The translations under genes were made by a program, and so were the position numbers. Source: Rubripirellula sp. (GTDB lineage: Bacteria; Planctomycetota; Planctomycetia; Pirellulales; Pirellulaceae). Taken from it: DNA of 64,000 nt. The notes beneath the pieces are model-generated. The model saw only the letters and a program-made list of their open reading frames with translations, was not told the origin of the DNA and did not search any database. Positions 1 to 11,750 of the stretch are shown one piece after another; position 1 is the stretch's first letter; each line of letters starts with the position of its first letter. The stretch covers positions 3,872,001 through 3,936,000 of the forward strand of contig OZ244207.1 of the NCBI GenBank assembly GCA_965216875.1, given 5' to 3'.

Positions 1-804
1 GCCGAGGAAATGTCGGTCAACATGAGCAACATCGCTCGCTCGACGGACGAAGTTTCCAGCAACGTCAAGGACGCTGCGAGTGCGGTTGAGCAAATCAACC
101 AATCGATCGGTGAAGTCGCCGAAAACGCCGAACGATCGGCAACGGTTGCTGGCGACGCAGCACGTCTGGTCAACCTCAGTAACGAAAAGATCGAAGATCT
201 TGGCGGTGCCGCCGACGAAATCGGCAAAGTGATCGAAGTGATTCAAGATATCGCCGAGCAAACCAACTTGCTGGCATTGAACGCAACGATCGAAGCTGCT
301 CGTGCGGGTGACGCCGGTAAAGGTTTTGCCGTGGTCGCGACAGAAGTCAAAGAACTTGCCAAGCAAACCGCTGCAGCCACCGACGACATTCGCCATCGCA
401 TCGAAGGCATCCAATCGTCGACCGGTGACGCCGTTGGAGCGATCCGAGAAATCAGCGACGTGATCAGCAACGTCAACGAGGTTTCACGAACGATCGCCAA
501 TGCCGTTGACGAACAACGTCAAACAACCAAGCAGATCACCGAAACCGTTCGCCAAACCGCGATCGCTTCGGAAACGGTTGCTAAAGGCATCAACGAATCG
601 GCTGTGGCCAGTGAAGAAATCACGCAGAACATCAGCCGGGTTGACCAAGTGCTTCAGCGAACCGCTGCCGGAGCACACCAAAGCCGCGAAGCTGGCGACA
701 GCTTCTCGGACTTGGCCGAGCAAATGAAGAGCCTGGTCGCTCAGTTCAAGACTGCAGCCAATCCAGATTCGGAATCGACCGAGCAGTCGACCCTTGCTGT
801 CTAA
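1..804 (+). CDS. Methyl-accepting chemotaxis protein, C-terminal signalling domain (5' truncated by window edge)
   Basis: MCP signature [37 protein letters not shown]; frame is open to the window start. Confidence 0.95.
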   Translation, partial: AEEMSVNMSNIARSTDEVSSNVKDAASAVEQINQSIGEVAENAERSATVAGDAARLVNLSNEKIEDLGGAADEIGKVIEVIQDIAEQTNLLALNATIEAARAGDAGKGFAVVATEVKELAKQTAAATDDIRHRIEGIQSSTGDAVGAIREISDVISNVNEVSRTIANAVDEQRQTTKQITETVRQTAIASETVAKGINESAVASEEITQNISRVDQVLQRTAAGAHQSREAGDSFSDLAEQMKSLVAQFKTAANPDSESTEQSTLAV

Positions 805-849
805 AGACGGCCTGGTTTGACACCAACTCCACTCGCTGGTGGCCTAACA

Positions 850-883
850 AAACACGACGAGACTCTTAGGACTCGTCGTGTTT
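850..883 (+). terminator. Perfect 12-bp inverted repeat after the MCP gene (terminator-like or mRNA-stabilising hairpin)
   Basis: AAACACGACGAG (850-861) / CTCGTCGTGTTT (872-883). Confidence 0.45.
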
Positions 884-1012
884 GGCTTCCCAAGCGAATT
901 GAAAAAGACATGACTCTCGGCTTTGGCAAAGCTACCTGGCGGGAAGGTTTGCCAAGGCCTGAGTCAACTAAGCCAACAACTACCATCACGTTCACGCGAT
1001 TCCCCAAGCACC

Positions 1013-2134
1013 ATGACTAGCCCCGCGAAACTGAGAGTACTCGTTGCTGATGACTCGACGATCTTCCGAAAGGTCGTACGAGACGCACTCGCCGACGTAC
1101 CCGACGTCGAAGTGGTCGGACATGCGACCAACGGCGCAATCGCGATCGAACAATTGATAACACTGAAACCAGATTTGGTCACGCTTGATATCGAGATGCC
1201 CAAGAAAGATGGACTCGAAGTCTTGCAGGAAATCAAATCGAGAGGCCTCGACACCGGCGCGATCATGATCAGCGCCTCCACTGGCGCTGGGGCCCGAGCC
1301 ACAACCAAGTCCCTTGAGCTCGGTGCCTTCGATTTTGTTCTTAAGCCGTCAGGCAGTGACTATCGAGAGAACACGGCCAACCTGACTCAAGAGTTGATCC
1401 CCCGCATTCGAGCTTTCCATGATGCGAGGGCCGGCAAAAAGAATCGCCAGCAACAACCCCAACGCAGCCTCGAATCGGCAGCACCGACGGAAGTCGATGA
1501 CACACCCGTCGCCGAAACAAAAACCGTCCGCGAATTTGAAAGCCCTGATGTCATTCTGATGGGAGTCTCAACAGGCGGGCCAGAAGCTCTGATGAAGGTA
1601 CTACCGAAATTGCCAAGCGATTTAGGCGTGCCCATCCTTATCGTCCAACACATGCCCAAAATGTTCACCCGTTCGCTCGCCGAAGACCTGAATCGCGCAT
1701 CGATGATTAACGTCGTCGAAGCCAGCGACGGCGAGCCAATCAAATCGGGTTGCTGTTACATCGCACCGGGTGGAAAACAGCTTGCCGTTTTCCGACGGGG
1801 GACCGAGATCGTCGCCAATGTGAACGACGATCCTCCCGTGCGTAGTTGCCGTCCCTCTGTCGATTACATGTTCCGTTCGGCATCGAAGGTTTGGGGCAAA
1901 CGAATCTTGGCAGTCATCATGACGGGAATGGGCGATGACGGCAGCCACAGTCTTCGCGAAATGTACCCTATGGGTGTTCATGTCATTGCCCAAGACGAGG
2001 CAACGAGCACGGTCTACGGCATGCCACGCCGGGTCGTCGAAGAAGGACACGCCGACACGATCTGCCCACTTGGTTCCATTGCCGGAACAATCACCCGCAT
2101 GATCCGTCGACATGGAGCTCGGACATGCGTTTAG
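1013..2134 (+). CDS. cheB: Chemotaxis response regulator protein-glutamate methylesterase CheB
   Basis: N-terminal REC domain (VLVADDS, LDIEMP) plus methylesterase motifs GVSTGGP, VQHMP, MTGMGDDG; ATG at 1013 preferred to the ORF-track start at 923. Confidence 0.95.
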   Translation: MTSPAKLRVLVADDSTIFRKVVRDALADVPDVEVVGHATNGAIAIEQLITLKPDLVTLDIEMPKKDGLEVLQEIKSRGLDTGAIMISASTGAGARATTKSLELGAFDFVLKPSGSDYRENTANLTQELIPRIRAFHDARAGKKNRQQQPQRSLESAAPTEVDDTPVAETKTVREFESPDVILMGVSTGGPEALMKVLPKLPSDLGVPILIVQHMPKMFTRSLAEDLNRASMINVVEASDGEPIKSGCCYIAPGGKQLAVFRRGTEIVANVNDDPPVRSCRPSVDYMFRSASKVWGKRILAVIMTGMGDDGSHSLREMYPMGVHVIAQDEATSTVYGMPRRVVEEGHADTICPLGSIAGTITRMIRRHGARTCV

Positions 2135-2976
2135 GAACCAACCCTCGCGAACTGGAAGAAATGTGCGACTTGATCCACGACCTATGTGGAATCTCGCTCA
2201 GTTCCTCCAAGTCCTACCTGCTTGAAAGCCGCCTTAGCGAGCTGCTCGGCAAAAACCAATGCAGCAACTACTCGGATCTCTGCGTCAAAGCGCGCGATCC
2301 AAGTCAACATGCTTTGCGACGAGAACTGGTCAACCGAATGACCACTAACGAAACGCTGTTCTTCCGTGACAGCGCGCCGTTCAATGCTCTGCAATACAAG
2401 CTGATTCCTGAAATGATCGACGCCAAAGAACAGCTCCATCGGCAGAAATGCCTGCGAGTCTGGTCGGCTGGCTGCAGTACGGGACAAGAGGCATACAGCG
2501 CCGCGATGGTTCTCCGCGAACTGCTTGAAGAGTACCCTTCGTGGGATATCAAGATCGTCGGCACCGACATTTCGTCCGATGTGGTCCAACAAGCTTCGCG
2601 CGGGCACTTTGACGCAACAGCCGTTGATCGCGGATTGCCAATGCACTTCCGCAACAAATACTTCGATCGCGAAGGGGATGGATGGCGAGCGAACAGTCTT
2701 TTGCGTTCGATGGTGCAATTCCGGCAGGCGAATTTGCTTGAACCCTTTAACGCAATCGGGTCGTTTGACGTGATCTTCTGCCGCAACGTCGCCATCTACT
2801 TCAATCAAGAAAACCGTGTCTCGCTATTTCGCAGGTTCCTAAAACACCTGACCAGCGAAGGCATTCTGATTGTCGGTTCCGCCGAAGCATGGGGAGATTT
2901 GAAGGACATGTACCGTCCCGAAAGTCATTGCCATGCAACCATCTATCGTCCGCTGCAGGTCGCCGCTGCACGCTAG
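2125..2976 (+). CDS. cheR: Chemotaxis protein-glutamate O-methyltransferase CheR
   Basis: TTNETLFFRD, RVWSAGCSTGQEAYS and FDVIFCRNVAIYF motifs; overlaps the end of cheB. Confidence 0.95.
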   Translation: MRLGTNPRELEEMCDLIHDLCGISLSSSKSYLLESRLSELLGKNQCSNYSDLCVKARDPSQHALRRELVNRMTTNETLFFRDSAPFNALQYKLIPEMIDAKEQLHRQKCLRVWSAGCSTGQEAYSAAMVLRELLEEYPSWDIKIVGTDISSDVVQQASRGHFDATAVDRGLPMHFRNKYFDREGDGWRANSLLRSMVQFRQANLLEPFNAIGSFDVIFCRNVAIYFNQENRVSLFRRFLKHLTSEGILIVGSAEAWGDLKDMYRPESHCHATIYRPLQVAAAR

Positions 2977-3034
2977 TGCAGCGGACTGCAATTGCGCTTC
3001 CACCAGCAGAAATCCTTGCCCAAGTCCACACAGC

Positions 3035-3127
3035 TGAGCCGCAATCGCGTAAGCGGCCGGGCCATAATCGGCCTCACGCTCGCTGTGCGTCGGCAAGGGC
3101 CCGAGGGCTGACGGCCAGCGGCTCACG
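3035..3127. repeat. REP-like palindromic element, family A (TGAGCCG...CGGCTCA)
   Basis: Arms TGAGCCGcaATCGCGTAAGCGGCCGGGC and AGGGCCCGAGGgCTgACGGCCAGCGGCTCACG recur at 14580-14665 and 42212-42374; half copies at 54464 and 59140. Confidence 0.85.
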
Positions 3128-3246
3128 GCACGAGGTGCCTGGCCCATGTCCAACTCGCGGGGTCTGCCAACCGCGGACCGTTGCCTTGCAGATCGCTATA
3201 TTGTCACCAAACAACACTGATTGGTGACTTGATAAAGCGATACGCG

Positions 3247-4320
3247 ATGACACTGCCAGCAACGACGGAACCCACCACCGACCCCACCCCCATTTTCGAA
3301 CACTTTCGCGGTAGCCACGGAAGTGAACTACTCACGATCGCCGTGGCGCACTACGACATCTTCGGCCGGTTGAGCAAGACCCCGTTGACGCTTGCCGACC
3401 TTGGCAAAGCACTGTCACTTCAGCAGCGTCCGATGGTCGTCCTCGTCACGGCGCTTCGCGCGATGGGACTCTTGGACGAAGTCGACGACAAGCTAACGGT
3501 TTCTGCGCTTGCCAAGGAACATCTCGTCCCCGGCGCGAGCTTCGATGTTGGCGACTACGTCGGGCTCGCCGCGCAAAGCCCCGGTGTGCTGGCGATGTTG
3601 AATCTCCTGCAAACCAACCGACCTCTCGGCATGAACGAAGAAGCCGGAACAGCATTCATCTATCGTGATGGGATCGAATCGGCGATGGAAAAGGAGGAGT
3701 CGGCGCGGCACTTCACCATGGCCTTGGCGGGCCGCGCAAAAAACGTCGCGCCAAAATTGGCCAGCGCCATTCCAGCTGACGAAATCAACGTCCTCTTGGA
3801 CGTCGGTTGCGGCACCGGCATCTACAGCTATGCGATGCTGCAGCGTAATCCGAACCTAAAAGCCATCCTGTTTGATCGCCCCGAGGTTCTCAAGATCGCC
3901 TCCCAGATGGCTGAGCAATACGGCGTCAATGATCGCGTACAGTTCGTTGCGGGCGATATGTTTTCCGACGACTTGCCAAGTGGCGCCGACGCGATCCTCT
4001 TGTCAAACATCCTGCACGACTGGGATGTCCAAACGTGCAAGGACTTGGTTGCGACCTGTGGCAAGTTGCTCCCTGCGGGCGGTCGCTTGTTCGTTCATGA
4101 CGTCTTTCTCAACGACGAGCTCGACGGCCCTCTTCCCATCGCACTTTATTCTGCTTCGCTTTTCTCGTTCACCGAAGGCCGCGCCTACAGCGCTGCGGAA
4201 TACAAAGATTGGATCGAGGCCGCCGGACTCACCCCCTCCGCGATGGCTCCGACAATGGTTCACTGCCAAGTCTTGACCGCAGAAAAGCCTGCTGCACCCG
4301 TGGAATCGAGCAAGCTTTGA
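3247..4320 (+). CDS. SAM-dependent O-methyltransferase (Methyltransf_2 type, N-terminal dimerisation wHTH)
   Basis: LLDVGCGTG, FDRPEV, VAGDMF and LSNILHDW motifs. Confidence 0.85.
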   Translation: MTLPATTEPTTDPTPIFEHFRGSHGSELLTIAVAHYDIFGRLSKTPLTLADLGKALSLQQRPMVVLVTALRAMGLLDEVDDKLTVSALAKEHLVPGASFDVGDYVGLAAQSPGVLAMLNLLQTNRPLGMNEEAGTAFIYRDGIESAMEKEESARHFTMALAGRAKNVAPKLASAIPADEINVLLDVGCGTGIYSYAMLQRNPNLKAILFDRPEVLKIASQMAEQYGVNDRVQFVAGDMFSDDLPSGADAILLSNILHDWDVQTCKDLVATCGKLLPAGGRLFVHDVFLNDELDGPLPIALYSASLFSFTEGRAYSAAEYKDWIEAAGLTPSAMAPTMVHCQVLTAEKPAAPVESSKL

Positions 4321-4326
4321 CCCAAA

Positions 4327-4593
4327 CTACGATCTTCCTTGCCCGCCAAAGTACAAGACGAGCAAGTAAAACAGAATTCCAAAGAGGCTGACGGCGGTCG
4401 CAAAAAGTGCGGTCAAACGCTCACCCTGATGCACGCTACGCCAAGTCGATGACGTCATGTAGCCGCAAAACAGAGCGACACAAAGAAAAGGAATGCTAAG
4501 CACCGAGGCGCCAAACCCTCCCAGGTCCCAAGCAGCCATCGCGACGCCGGTGACAAAGATGATAAACAGGAGGTGAAGAATCCGGAATTTCAT
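4327..4593 (-). CDS. Small hypothetical membrane protein (about 3 TM)
   Basis: 88-aa hydrophobic ORF with N-terminus MKFRILHLL; fills the gap between flanking genes. Confidence 0.55.
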   Translation of the reverse strand: MKFRILHLLFIIFVTGVAMAAWDLGGFGASVLSIPFLCVALFCGYMTSSTWRSVHQGERLTALFATAVSLFGILFYLLVLYFGGQGRS

Positions 4594-4828
4594 GCGCCAA
4601 CTCTTTCACATCGTGAAACCATTCCTACGCACGCTATGCACCGACGGGTTCGCGAAAAAAGCGCCCGCAAGGAGCCTGCCTTCAGCCTAAAGAGAGCCCC
4701 TGCGCAAAAACAACCCAGTGGTGAGGCCTTAGACCACAAACCTCGTCGACATTGACGACGGTAGGGTTGGTAGAATTTGCAACTCGTTCAGGGATTTTTT
4801 TCGCCCCATCCCCAAACAGAGAGTGACA

Positions 4829-5518
4829 ATGAGTCGTTACAGCATCGAAGAGTTCGTCCAACAAACCCGACAACAGGACCTTGGGCAAGGCCTCTTCGAA
4901 CTCGAGTCCGAGCGGATGCTTGAACTGAACCTTAACGGAATGGTTTGGACCAAGATGGGTTCCATGGTCGCCTATCGCGGGAATGTGAAATTCACACGTG
5001 AAGGGATCATGGAGCAGGGCATCGGGAACCTTCTCAAGAAGGCGGTTTCGGGCGAAGGAGCCCGTTTGACCAAAGCCGAAGGCCAGGGGCAAGTTTACCT
5101 GGCCGACAGCGGCAAGAAGGTCACGATCTTGAACCTCGAAAACGATTCGATTTTCGTCAACGGTAGCGACCTGCTGGCGTTCGAATCATCCATCAAGTTC
5201 GACATCAAGATGATGAAGAAGGCGTCCGCCATGTTGACCGGAGGGCTCTTCAACATTCGCCTTGAAGGGTCAGGCATGGTCGCCTTCACGACTCACTACG
5301 ATCCGCTCACTTTGATGGTGACGCCAGATTGCCCCGTCATCACCGACCCGAATGCAACCGTCGCCTGGTCCGGGACGCTGGAACCGCGAATTCGTACCGA
5401 CATGTCGCTCAAGACCTTTGTCGGTCGTGGAAGTGGCGAATCGATTCAAACCGAATACGCTGGAAACGGCTTTGTGGTGATTCAACCGTTCGAAGAAGCA
5501 ATGTTCCAGGCTGGCTAG
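4829..5518 (+). CDS. AIM24 family protein
   Basis: KMGSMVAYRG, KAVSGEG, GGLFNIRLEGSG and GRGSGE...G.GFVVIQP pattern typical of AIM24/DUF124. Confidence 0.85.
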   Translation: MSRYSIEEFVQQTRQQDLGQGLFELESERMLELNLNGMVWTKMGSMVAYRGNVKFTREGIMEQGIGNLLKKAVSGEGARLTKAEGQGQVYLADSGKKVTILNLENDSIFVNGSDLLAFESSIKFDIKMMKKASAMLTGGLFNIRLEGSGMVAFTTHYDPLTLMVTPDCPVITDPNATVAWSGTLEPRIRTDMSLKTFVGRGSGESIQTEYAGNGFVVIQPFEEAMFQAG

Positions 5519-5590
5519 TGCCGCGGATTGGGGTTACGGTGCCATGAGGTGAAGTGCTTGCCCAGGTGAACGAGCATTCCAACAAACAGC

Positions 5591-5708
5591 CTCCCGCTTG
5601 CGGGAGGGTCGGACGCTAAAGTCCGGGGAGGGAAGAATCGTTCAAAAACAGACCCTCTCCGGGCCTTAGAGCCCGACTCTCCCAAGGGAGAGTGTTTTTT
5701 AAAGACGC
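5591..5708 (+). repeat. Multi-hairpin interspersed repeat, family D (CCTCCCGCTTGCGGGAGGG...CTCTCCCAAGGGAGAG)
   Basis: Near-identical copies at 11363-11473 (inverted) and 32021-32113. Confidence 0.85.
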
Positions 5709-5790
5709 AGTTCCCAAGCCTAGTGGTTGCTCAATTGCGACCCGCAGCACTTGCCTCCGCTTCTGACCCTCTGTTCGAGAGTAAACGAAT

Positions 5791-6513
5791 ATGCCCAAGC
5801 TTTGCCGACATTGCGGTGCAACGATCGCTGGCGAAGCTTGTGACAATCCCGTTTGCTCGAGTGGCACGACCGCAACTTCGATCCGCGAATCGTCGATGCG
5901 GGGCCGGTATGAAGAACCGCCGGATCCCCAAATCGAAATCGATCGCGGTCGAATGAAGCGTTTGATCCGCACCCGCCGGCTGTGCCTCTATCTGATCCCT
6001 TGGATCGCTTTTGCCACTTACCTCGGATCGCTGCATTCGATCGACAACGGACTCCTCACCAGCGTTTTTGGCTGGGGACTCACCGCGATCGGCATCGTGC
6101 TCGTTGGCGTTCAATCCAATCTCATCAAGAAATTGGCTCGGCAACTCCAGTTACCGAGCCGCCGAACGTTGCCGATCATCTATTTGGTCGTCGTCATACC
6201 AGCACTTTCGTGGGCATCCTATGTTGCGCATCAAAAATCGGATTGGGGTGTGCGCCCCGAGTACCACGCCCTGATTCGACACTGGCAAAAATGGGTCGAC
6301 GAAGAAACGATCTGGAAATTTGAGGGGATCGAGTACGCCGACACCAACGAAGACGGTGCGGTCGACACACGCCGTGAATCACGGCTCGAGCTTTCCATCG
6401 TCACCACCGACGACGATCACGATGGATTCTTCGACACGGAAGTGGTGACCTATAAAGACGACGAGCGACAAGTCAGCCGCGCGATCAATCAAAAAGTCCC
6501 ACGCACGAAGTAA
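5791..6513 (+). CDS. Hypothetical membrane protein (N-terminal Cys motif, about 3 TM, C-terminal DxxxDG motifs)
   Basis: CRHC..C....C, hydrophobic segments, DTNEDG and DDDHDG. Confidence 0.6.
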   Translation: MPKLCRHCGATIAGEACDNPVCSSGTTATSIRESSMRGRYEEPPDPQIEIDRGRMKRLIRTRRLCLYLIPWIAFATYLGSLHSIDNGLLTSVFGWGLTAIGIVLVGVQSNLIKKLARQLQLPSRRTLPIIYLVVVIPALSWASYVAHQKSDWGVRPEYHALIRHWQKWVDEETIWKFEGIEYADTNEDGAVDTRRESRLELSIVTTDDDHDGFFDTEVVTYKDDERQVSRAINQKVPRTK

Positions 6514-6618
6514 TTCTGTGAATCAAGCGTGCGAGTAGGGCAGGGAAGAAGTGAACCAGGGATTGCACGGATCACGCGGATAAGAGATTCGGGTGGATTG
6601 GTTTGTGCGATGACCTGC

Positions 6619-7560
6619 TTACATGATCCAGTCGAGCTGGAAAATGTCTCGATCGATCTTATCTCTCGAGACGCCCGTTCCGAGAAGATTAACGCTCTCG
6701 ACCGATTCGAGTTGGTTAATGAATGCTGCGGATCGATCGGTCAACTGTTTGCAGTGCATTAGATCCAGCTCAACAAGCTGGTGCATCTCGCGCAGCAGCC
6801 GGACTTCCGAATCGCTTATCGACGAGCCTGAAAAATCGAGCTTCGATATTTGGCCGAGCTTGGCGATGTGCGGGACCAAGCGGTGATTGAATGCTGAATC
6901 CGTTATCGAGAGACGAGTAACGAGACTGCAATCCTTGATTTCTCCGATCGTGTCATACTCAAACCAGCAACCGCTTGAAAAACCGAGATGCGAAAGACGA
7001 GGCAATTTGCTTAACGCGACAATCTCGCCTTTTTCGATGTGCTCAGAAAAAAACCAGACCGACTCGAGCCGTTTCCATTTGGCAATTGCCTGAAATCCCC
7101 GCGCATCGAAGTTGGTCTTGGGCTCGACCGTCAAGTATTTGAGACGGGGTGTTGCCTCAAGCCATCGCTCGAGCGTTTGCAGATCAACCTTGCCCAAATA
7201 AAGTTTGGAAACGTGGTTGAGGTCGCAACATGCCGGATCAACATTCGGCGAAACCTCATAACAGCTGAGCTCGACGGCGGACTTCAACTTTGATGCTGCA
7301 ATCAAAGTTTCGTTGCTATCGAGGTGCTTGAAGGTCAAACCGATGCAAAGCTCTTTGCCAAGCACGTGATCGAGAGTGACACCGTCGTTGCCCCACGACT
7401 CGAGCCCCTCGAAATCGGTCAAAGGGATCACATCGGCCGACTGAAGCTGAGCGACCAAACGTTGGGGAGACCAATGGTGAATGAGGTACCAACGGGCAGC
7501 AAAGATTCCGATCCCAGCGATGAGTGTCAGCAGCAGCAGTGATCGAATCGAAAAACGCAT
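6619..7560 (-). CDS. Leucine-rich-repeat protein with N-terminal membrane anchor
   Basis: MRFSIRSLLLLTLIAG N-terminus; LxxLxL repeats (LSKLPRLSHLGF, ISKLDFSGSSISD, LVELDLMHCKQLTD, VNLLGTGVS). Confidence 0.75.
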   Translation of the reverse strand: MRFSIRSLLLLTLIAGIGIFAARWYLIHHWSPQRLVAQLQSADVIPLTDFEGLESWGNDGVTLDHVLGKELCIGLTFKHLDSNETLIAASKLKSAVELSCYEVSPNVDPACCDLNHVSKLYLGKVDLQTLERWLEATPRLKYLTVEPKTNFDARGFQAIAKWKRLESVWFFSEHIEKGEIVALSKLPRLSHLGFSSGCWFEYDTIGEIKDCSLVTRLSITDSAFNHRLVPHIAKLGQISKLDFSGSSISDSEVRLLREMHQLVELDLMHCKQLTDRSAAFINQLESVESVNLLGTGVSRDKIDRDIFQLDWIM

Positions 7561-7631
7561 TTGGTTTTCTCTGAACGAGCTTTCTCGTCTCTTTGATTCT
7601 AGCCTTACTCGGCTGCCTGGCGTGGAGGGAG

Positions 7632-7707
7632 AACCACGGATCACACGGATGGGAGACGAGAGTCGAATACACGTCGCTTATCCGTGCAATCTGTGTGATC
7701 GGTGGTT
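7632..7707. repeat. Palindromic repeat AACCACGGATCACACGGAT...ATCCGTGCAATCTGTGTGATCGGTGGTT; related half copy at about 6553-6584
   Basis: Imperfect inverted repeat; GATTGCACGGAT at 6561 is the reverse complement of ATCCGTGCAATC at 7680. Confidence 0.6.
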
Positions 7708-7762
7708 GCCCCCTCTTCGGCTGGGCGAATTGCTGATCAGAGAAAACTGATGAGCGCGCACG

Positions 7763-7804
7763 AAAAAACCTGCTTTGGCTGGCGACGAGCCAAAGCAGGT
7801 TTTT
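7763..7804 (-). terminator. Rho-independent terminator of the 16S rRNA transcript (possibly bidirectional)
   Basis: AAAAAACCTGCTTTGGCT-ggcgacg-AGCCAAAGCAGGTTTTT: perfect stem with A/T tails, about 120 nt past the 16S 3' end. Confidence 0.85.
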
Positions 7805-7812
7805 CGCTGATG

Positions 7813-7870
7813 GTTTGGTGATGGATTCGGTCCAGTAGACGTCTTTTCTGTTGAGTCAATGCGAGAGTCG
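7813..7870 (-). other. 3' strand of the 16S precursor processing stem (pairs with the leader at 9620-9661)
   Basis: TTTGGTGATGGA...TTCTGTTGAGT.CAATGCGAG here matches the reverse complement of CTCGCATTGCTGAACTCAACAGAAGTTCCATCACCAAA at about 9624-9661. Confidence 0.75.
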
Positions 7871-7920
7871 TGTCCACGGATTCAGATGAATCGGTCACCC
7901 GTTTCATCCATATTCTAAGA

Positions 7921-9461
<1,541 letters not shown>

Positions 9462-9661
9462 TTGTATCGATTCACCAGAGCTGAACTCGAAAGTCCGGAC
9501 ACCGGGAGAAATCAAAGTTAAAACCGAGAGTTGATTCTGCTCTGTGACGCTCGGTAAAACGTCACAGCGATTCGCCATTTATTTTTCGTAGCAACCCCTT
9601 TCGGAGCCACTACAAACAGCGACCTCGCATTGCTGAACTCAACAGAAGTTCCATCACCAAA

Positions 9662-9673
9662 TTGTCAAAGATC
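9662..9673 (-). promoter_or_regulatory. rRNA leader boxA-like antitermination element
   Basis: GATCTTTGACAA on the minus strand, about 200 nt upstream of the 16S and just before the processing stem. Confidence 0.65.
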
Positions 9674-9749
9674 GTTTCGCCAAGGGGCCTCATCGACCCA
9701 GCGACTTCGCATTGGAAGTGGCCGGTGAGGTGTCCCTCGCGGGTCCCGA

Positions 9750-9778
9750 AGTATCGGGCAGTCGCAGCTTTTCGTCAA
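9750..9778 (-). promoter_or_regulatory. Putative sigma70-type rRNA promoter (proximal)
   Basis: TTGACG-17 nt-GATACT on the minus strand. Confidence 0.6.
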
Positions 9779-9903
9779 CGGGTCGTTTGCAAGAAATTGT
9801 TAAAAACTTCAGTGCGTTAGACGCTGATTCGCTCGCTGCAGAGCGGTTGCCTCACGTGCTGTGAAGCGTTTTCGCTTGACGCTTTCCGTGTCAGCGAGGC
9901 GGA

Positions 9904-9932
9904 AAGATATAGGCCGAGTCGTATGCCCGCAA
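9904..9932 (-). promoter_or_regulatory. Putative sigma70-type rRNA promoter (distal)
   Basis: TTGCGG-17 nt-TATCTT on the minus strand with an A-rich stretch upstream. Confidence 0.5.
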
Positions 9933-10311
9933 GAGCCTTTGGGCACTTTCTTCAGATTTCTTTCACACTCGCTTCTTCCTAGACCAACGCCAGAACAAGC
10001 AGGTTCGCGAAAACACCGCGTTTTGCGGTAAGAAACCTGATCGGGTTTTCACCCCGGCGAGTTGAATCGAGCTTCGCTTTTTTTCCAAACGACTTCGAAG
10101 TCACCAACCGGTGCTCTCTAAACAGCGATAGAAACCGCAGTGGTCCGCAGACAATTTGCGGTTCTACTTTCGCATCGAACTGCACTCAACAAAGACCTTT
10201 GATCAGCATGGCGCTCGTCGCCGGTTTTGCGGAAGCCAAAACGAGGGATCGTCAAGAGCGATGGATCGGGGACTCGTGGCCTCGTCCACTAAGAAGAGAG
10301 GCGAAAGTGGC

Positions 10312-11175
10312 CTAGCGGAGACCCGCAACGGAATCGAGTGCCGGATAGAGCTGTTGCCAAAGAACGGTCAACAAATCAGCGTCGATCCCCAAACACTCAA
10401 AGATGCGATTTCCTGGCGGGTCGACGTTGTGCGCCCCCAGTGATGCCCAGCCGCTGCGGCTGCACAGGTAGTTGGCAATGGCTACACAGCCAACGGTCTC
10501 GGCATACGGCCCGCTCATCGATTGCTCCGCACGATGATGCATTCGCGCCGCCTCCTGAACCTCTTCAGGCATTCCCCACTGCTCGAGGATCGCCGCCCCA
10601 AGCTGCGTGTGGTCCCAGCCCAAAAGGTCCTGCTCGACTTCACAGGTCGGAGTCAATTCATCGATTTCGGCAACGACTCCGGTGAACGAGTCGATGTCGA
10701 GCCGATCGCTCGCGCAGAGCCCAATGTCGTGCAGCGTTCCCGCGACAAACACCAATGAGGGATCGCCGCAGCTACAGGTCCTCGAAATCATCGAGGCGAC
10801 CGCGCCGACGGCAATCGAATGTCGCCACAACCCTTCTCGATGATAGATGTCGACTTGCAAGTCGGGCAAATAGAGCCCACGAACAAAGGCGAGCACGGCC
10901 AATCGCGCTAAGTCGTGACCATCCATCACCGCCGAGGCTTCTTCAAGCGATTTGAAAGGGCGGGAGAGGTTGTACAGCGGGGTGTTACACCAACGCAGCA
11001 ATCGGACGGCAAGTTCGCGATCCGACGCCAACCAGCGAACCAACGTCTCGTTCGTTCGCCCGTCAAAATCCCCTGACGCAATCAACCGTCGCGCCCCGTC
11101 GGGAAGTCCGAACTCCCAGCGAGCCTGCTCCACTCGCAGGGCTAACTTGGGTCCTTTTAGCTGGGAGGTCGACAT
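10312..11175 (-). CDS. HDOD domain-containing signal transduction protein
   Basis: SDRELAVRLLRWCNTPLY, LWRHSIAVG, AGTLHDIG, E..LLGWDHTQLGA..LEQWGMP, HH. Confidence 0.9.
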   Translation of the reverse strand: MSTSQLKGPKLALRVEQARWEFGLPDGARRLIASGDFDGRTNETLVRWLASDRELAVRLLRWCNTPLYNLSRPFKSLEEASAVMDGHDLARLAVLAFVRGLYLPDLQVDIYHREGLWRHSIAVGAVASMISRTCSCGDPSLVFVAGTLHDIGLCASDRLDIDSFTGVVAEIDELTPTCEVEQDLLGWDHTQLGAAILEQWGMPEEVQEAARMHHRAEQSMSGPYAETVGCVAIANYLCSRSGWASLGAHNVDPPGNRIFECLGIDADLLTVLWQQLYPALDSVAGLR

Positions 11176-11362
11176 GATTGGGCCGGTGAAAAAAGCGTAC
11201 GTGAAGGGCCAAACGCATTTTGCCTCTTCGCTTCAGCCTGGCCCCAAACGATCCCGCGCCGATCGGAGTGCGGTCGGCGCAGTACTCACTTAATGCATAC
11301 CTCACCAAAGTGGGGCGTGAGGGTGATATTTGAAGGGAATCAACGAAATGAATCGGGGACTC

Positions 11363-11473
11363 TAAAAAACACTCTCCTCTGGGAGAGTCGGGCCCCAAGG
11401 CCCCGAGAGGGTCCATTTTGTATCGATTCCCTCCCCGGACTTTAGCTTCCGACCGCTCCCGCAAGCGGGCGGG
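11363..11473 (-). repeat. Family D multi-hairpin repeat (inverted copy)
   Basis: Reverse complement resembles 5591-5708. Confidence 0.8.
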
Positions 11474-11750
11474 TGATTGTTGAAGTCAATTCTCGTGGCG
11501 GATTGGGTTGTGACGCTTATTCCGGATGGTCACGGGGCTGGGCAACTTTGTGCACAAGGCAAGCTTTGCCGGTCGATACAGCTGGGTAACTGGCTGTGCA
11601 AGGGTTTTGCGGGGCGCTTTGGCAATAGCGACAAAACCGGTGCCATCCGAATTGCCGATAACCGTTGAAAGCACGCGATCCAAGCGAGAACTGCGCGCGG
11701 AGCGATTTGCCCAACGTCACCGCCCAAAAAGAAGCACAAGGGAAATCCAC

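Noticed and set aside
917..963. Hairpin containing GGCAAA upstream of cheB as a c-di-GMP-I riboswitch
   Set aside because: A real inverted repeat (GGCTTTGGCAAA/TTTGCCAAGGCC), but the GNRA-loop P2 and the following GCAAAG/P3 layout are not evident
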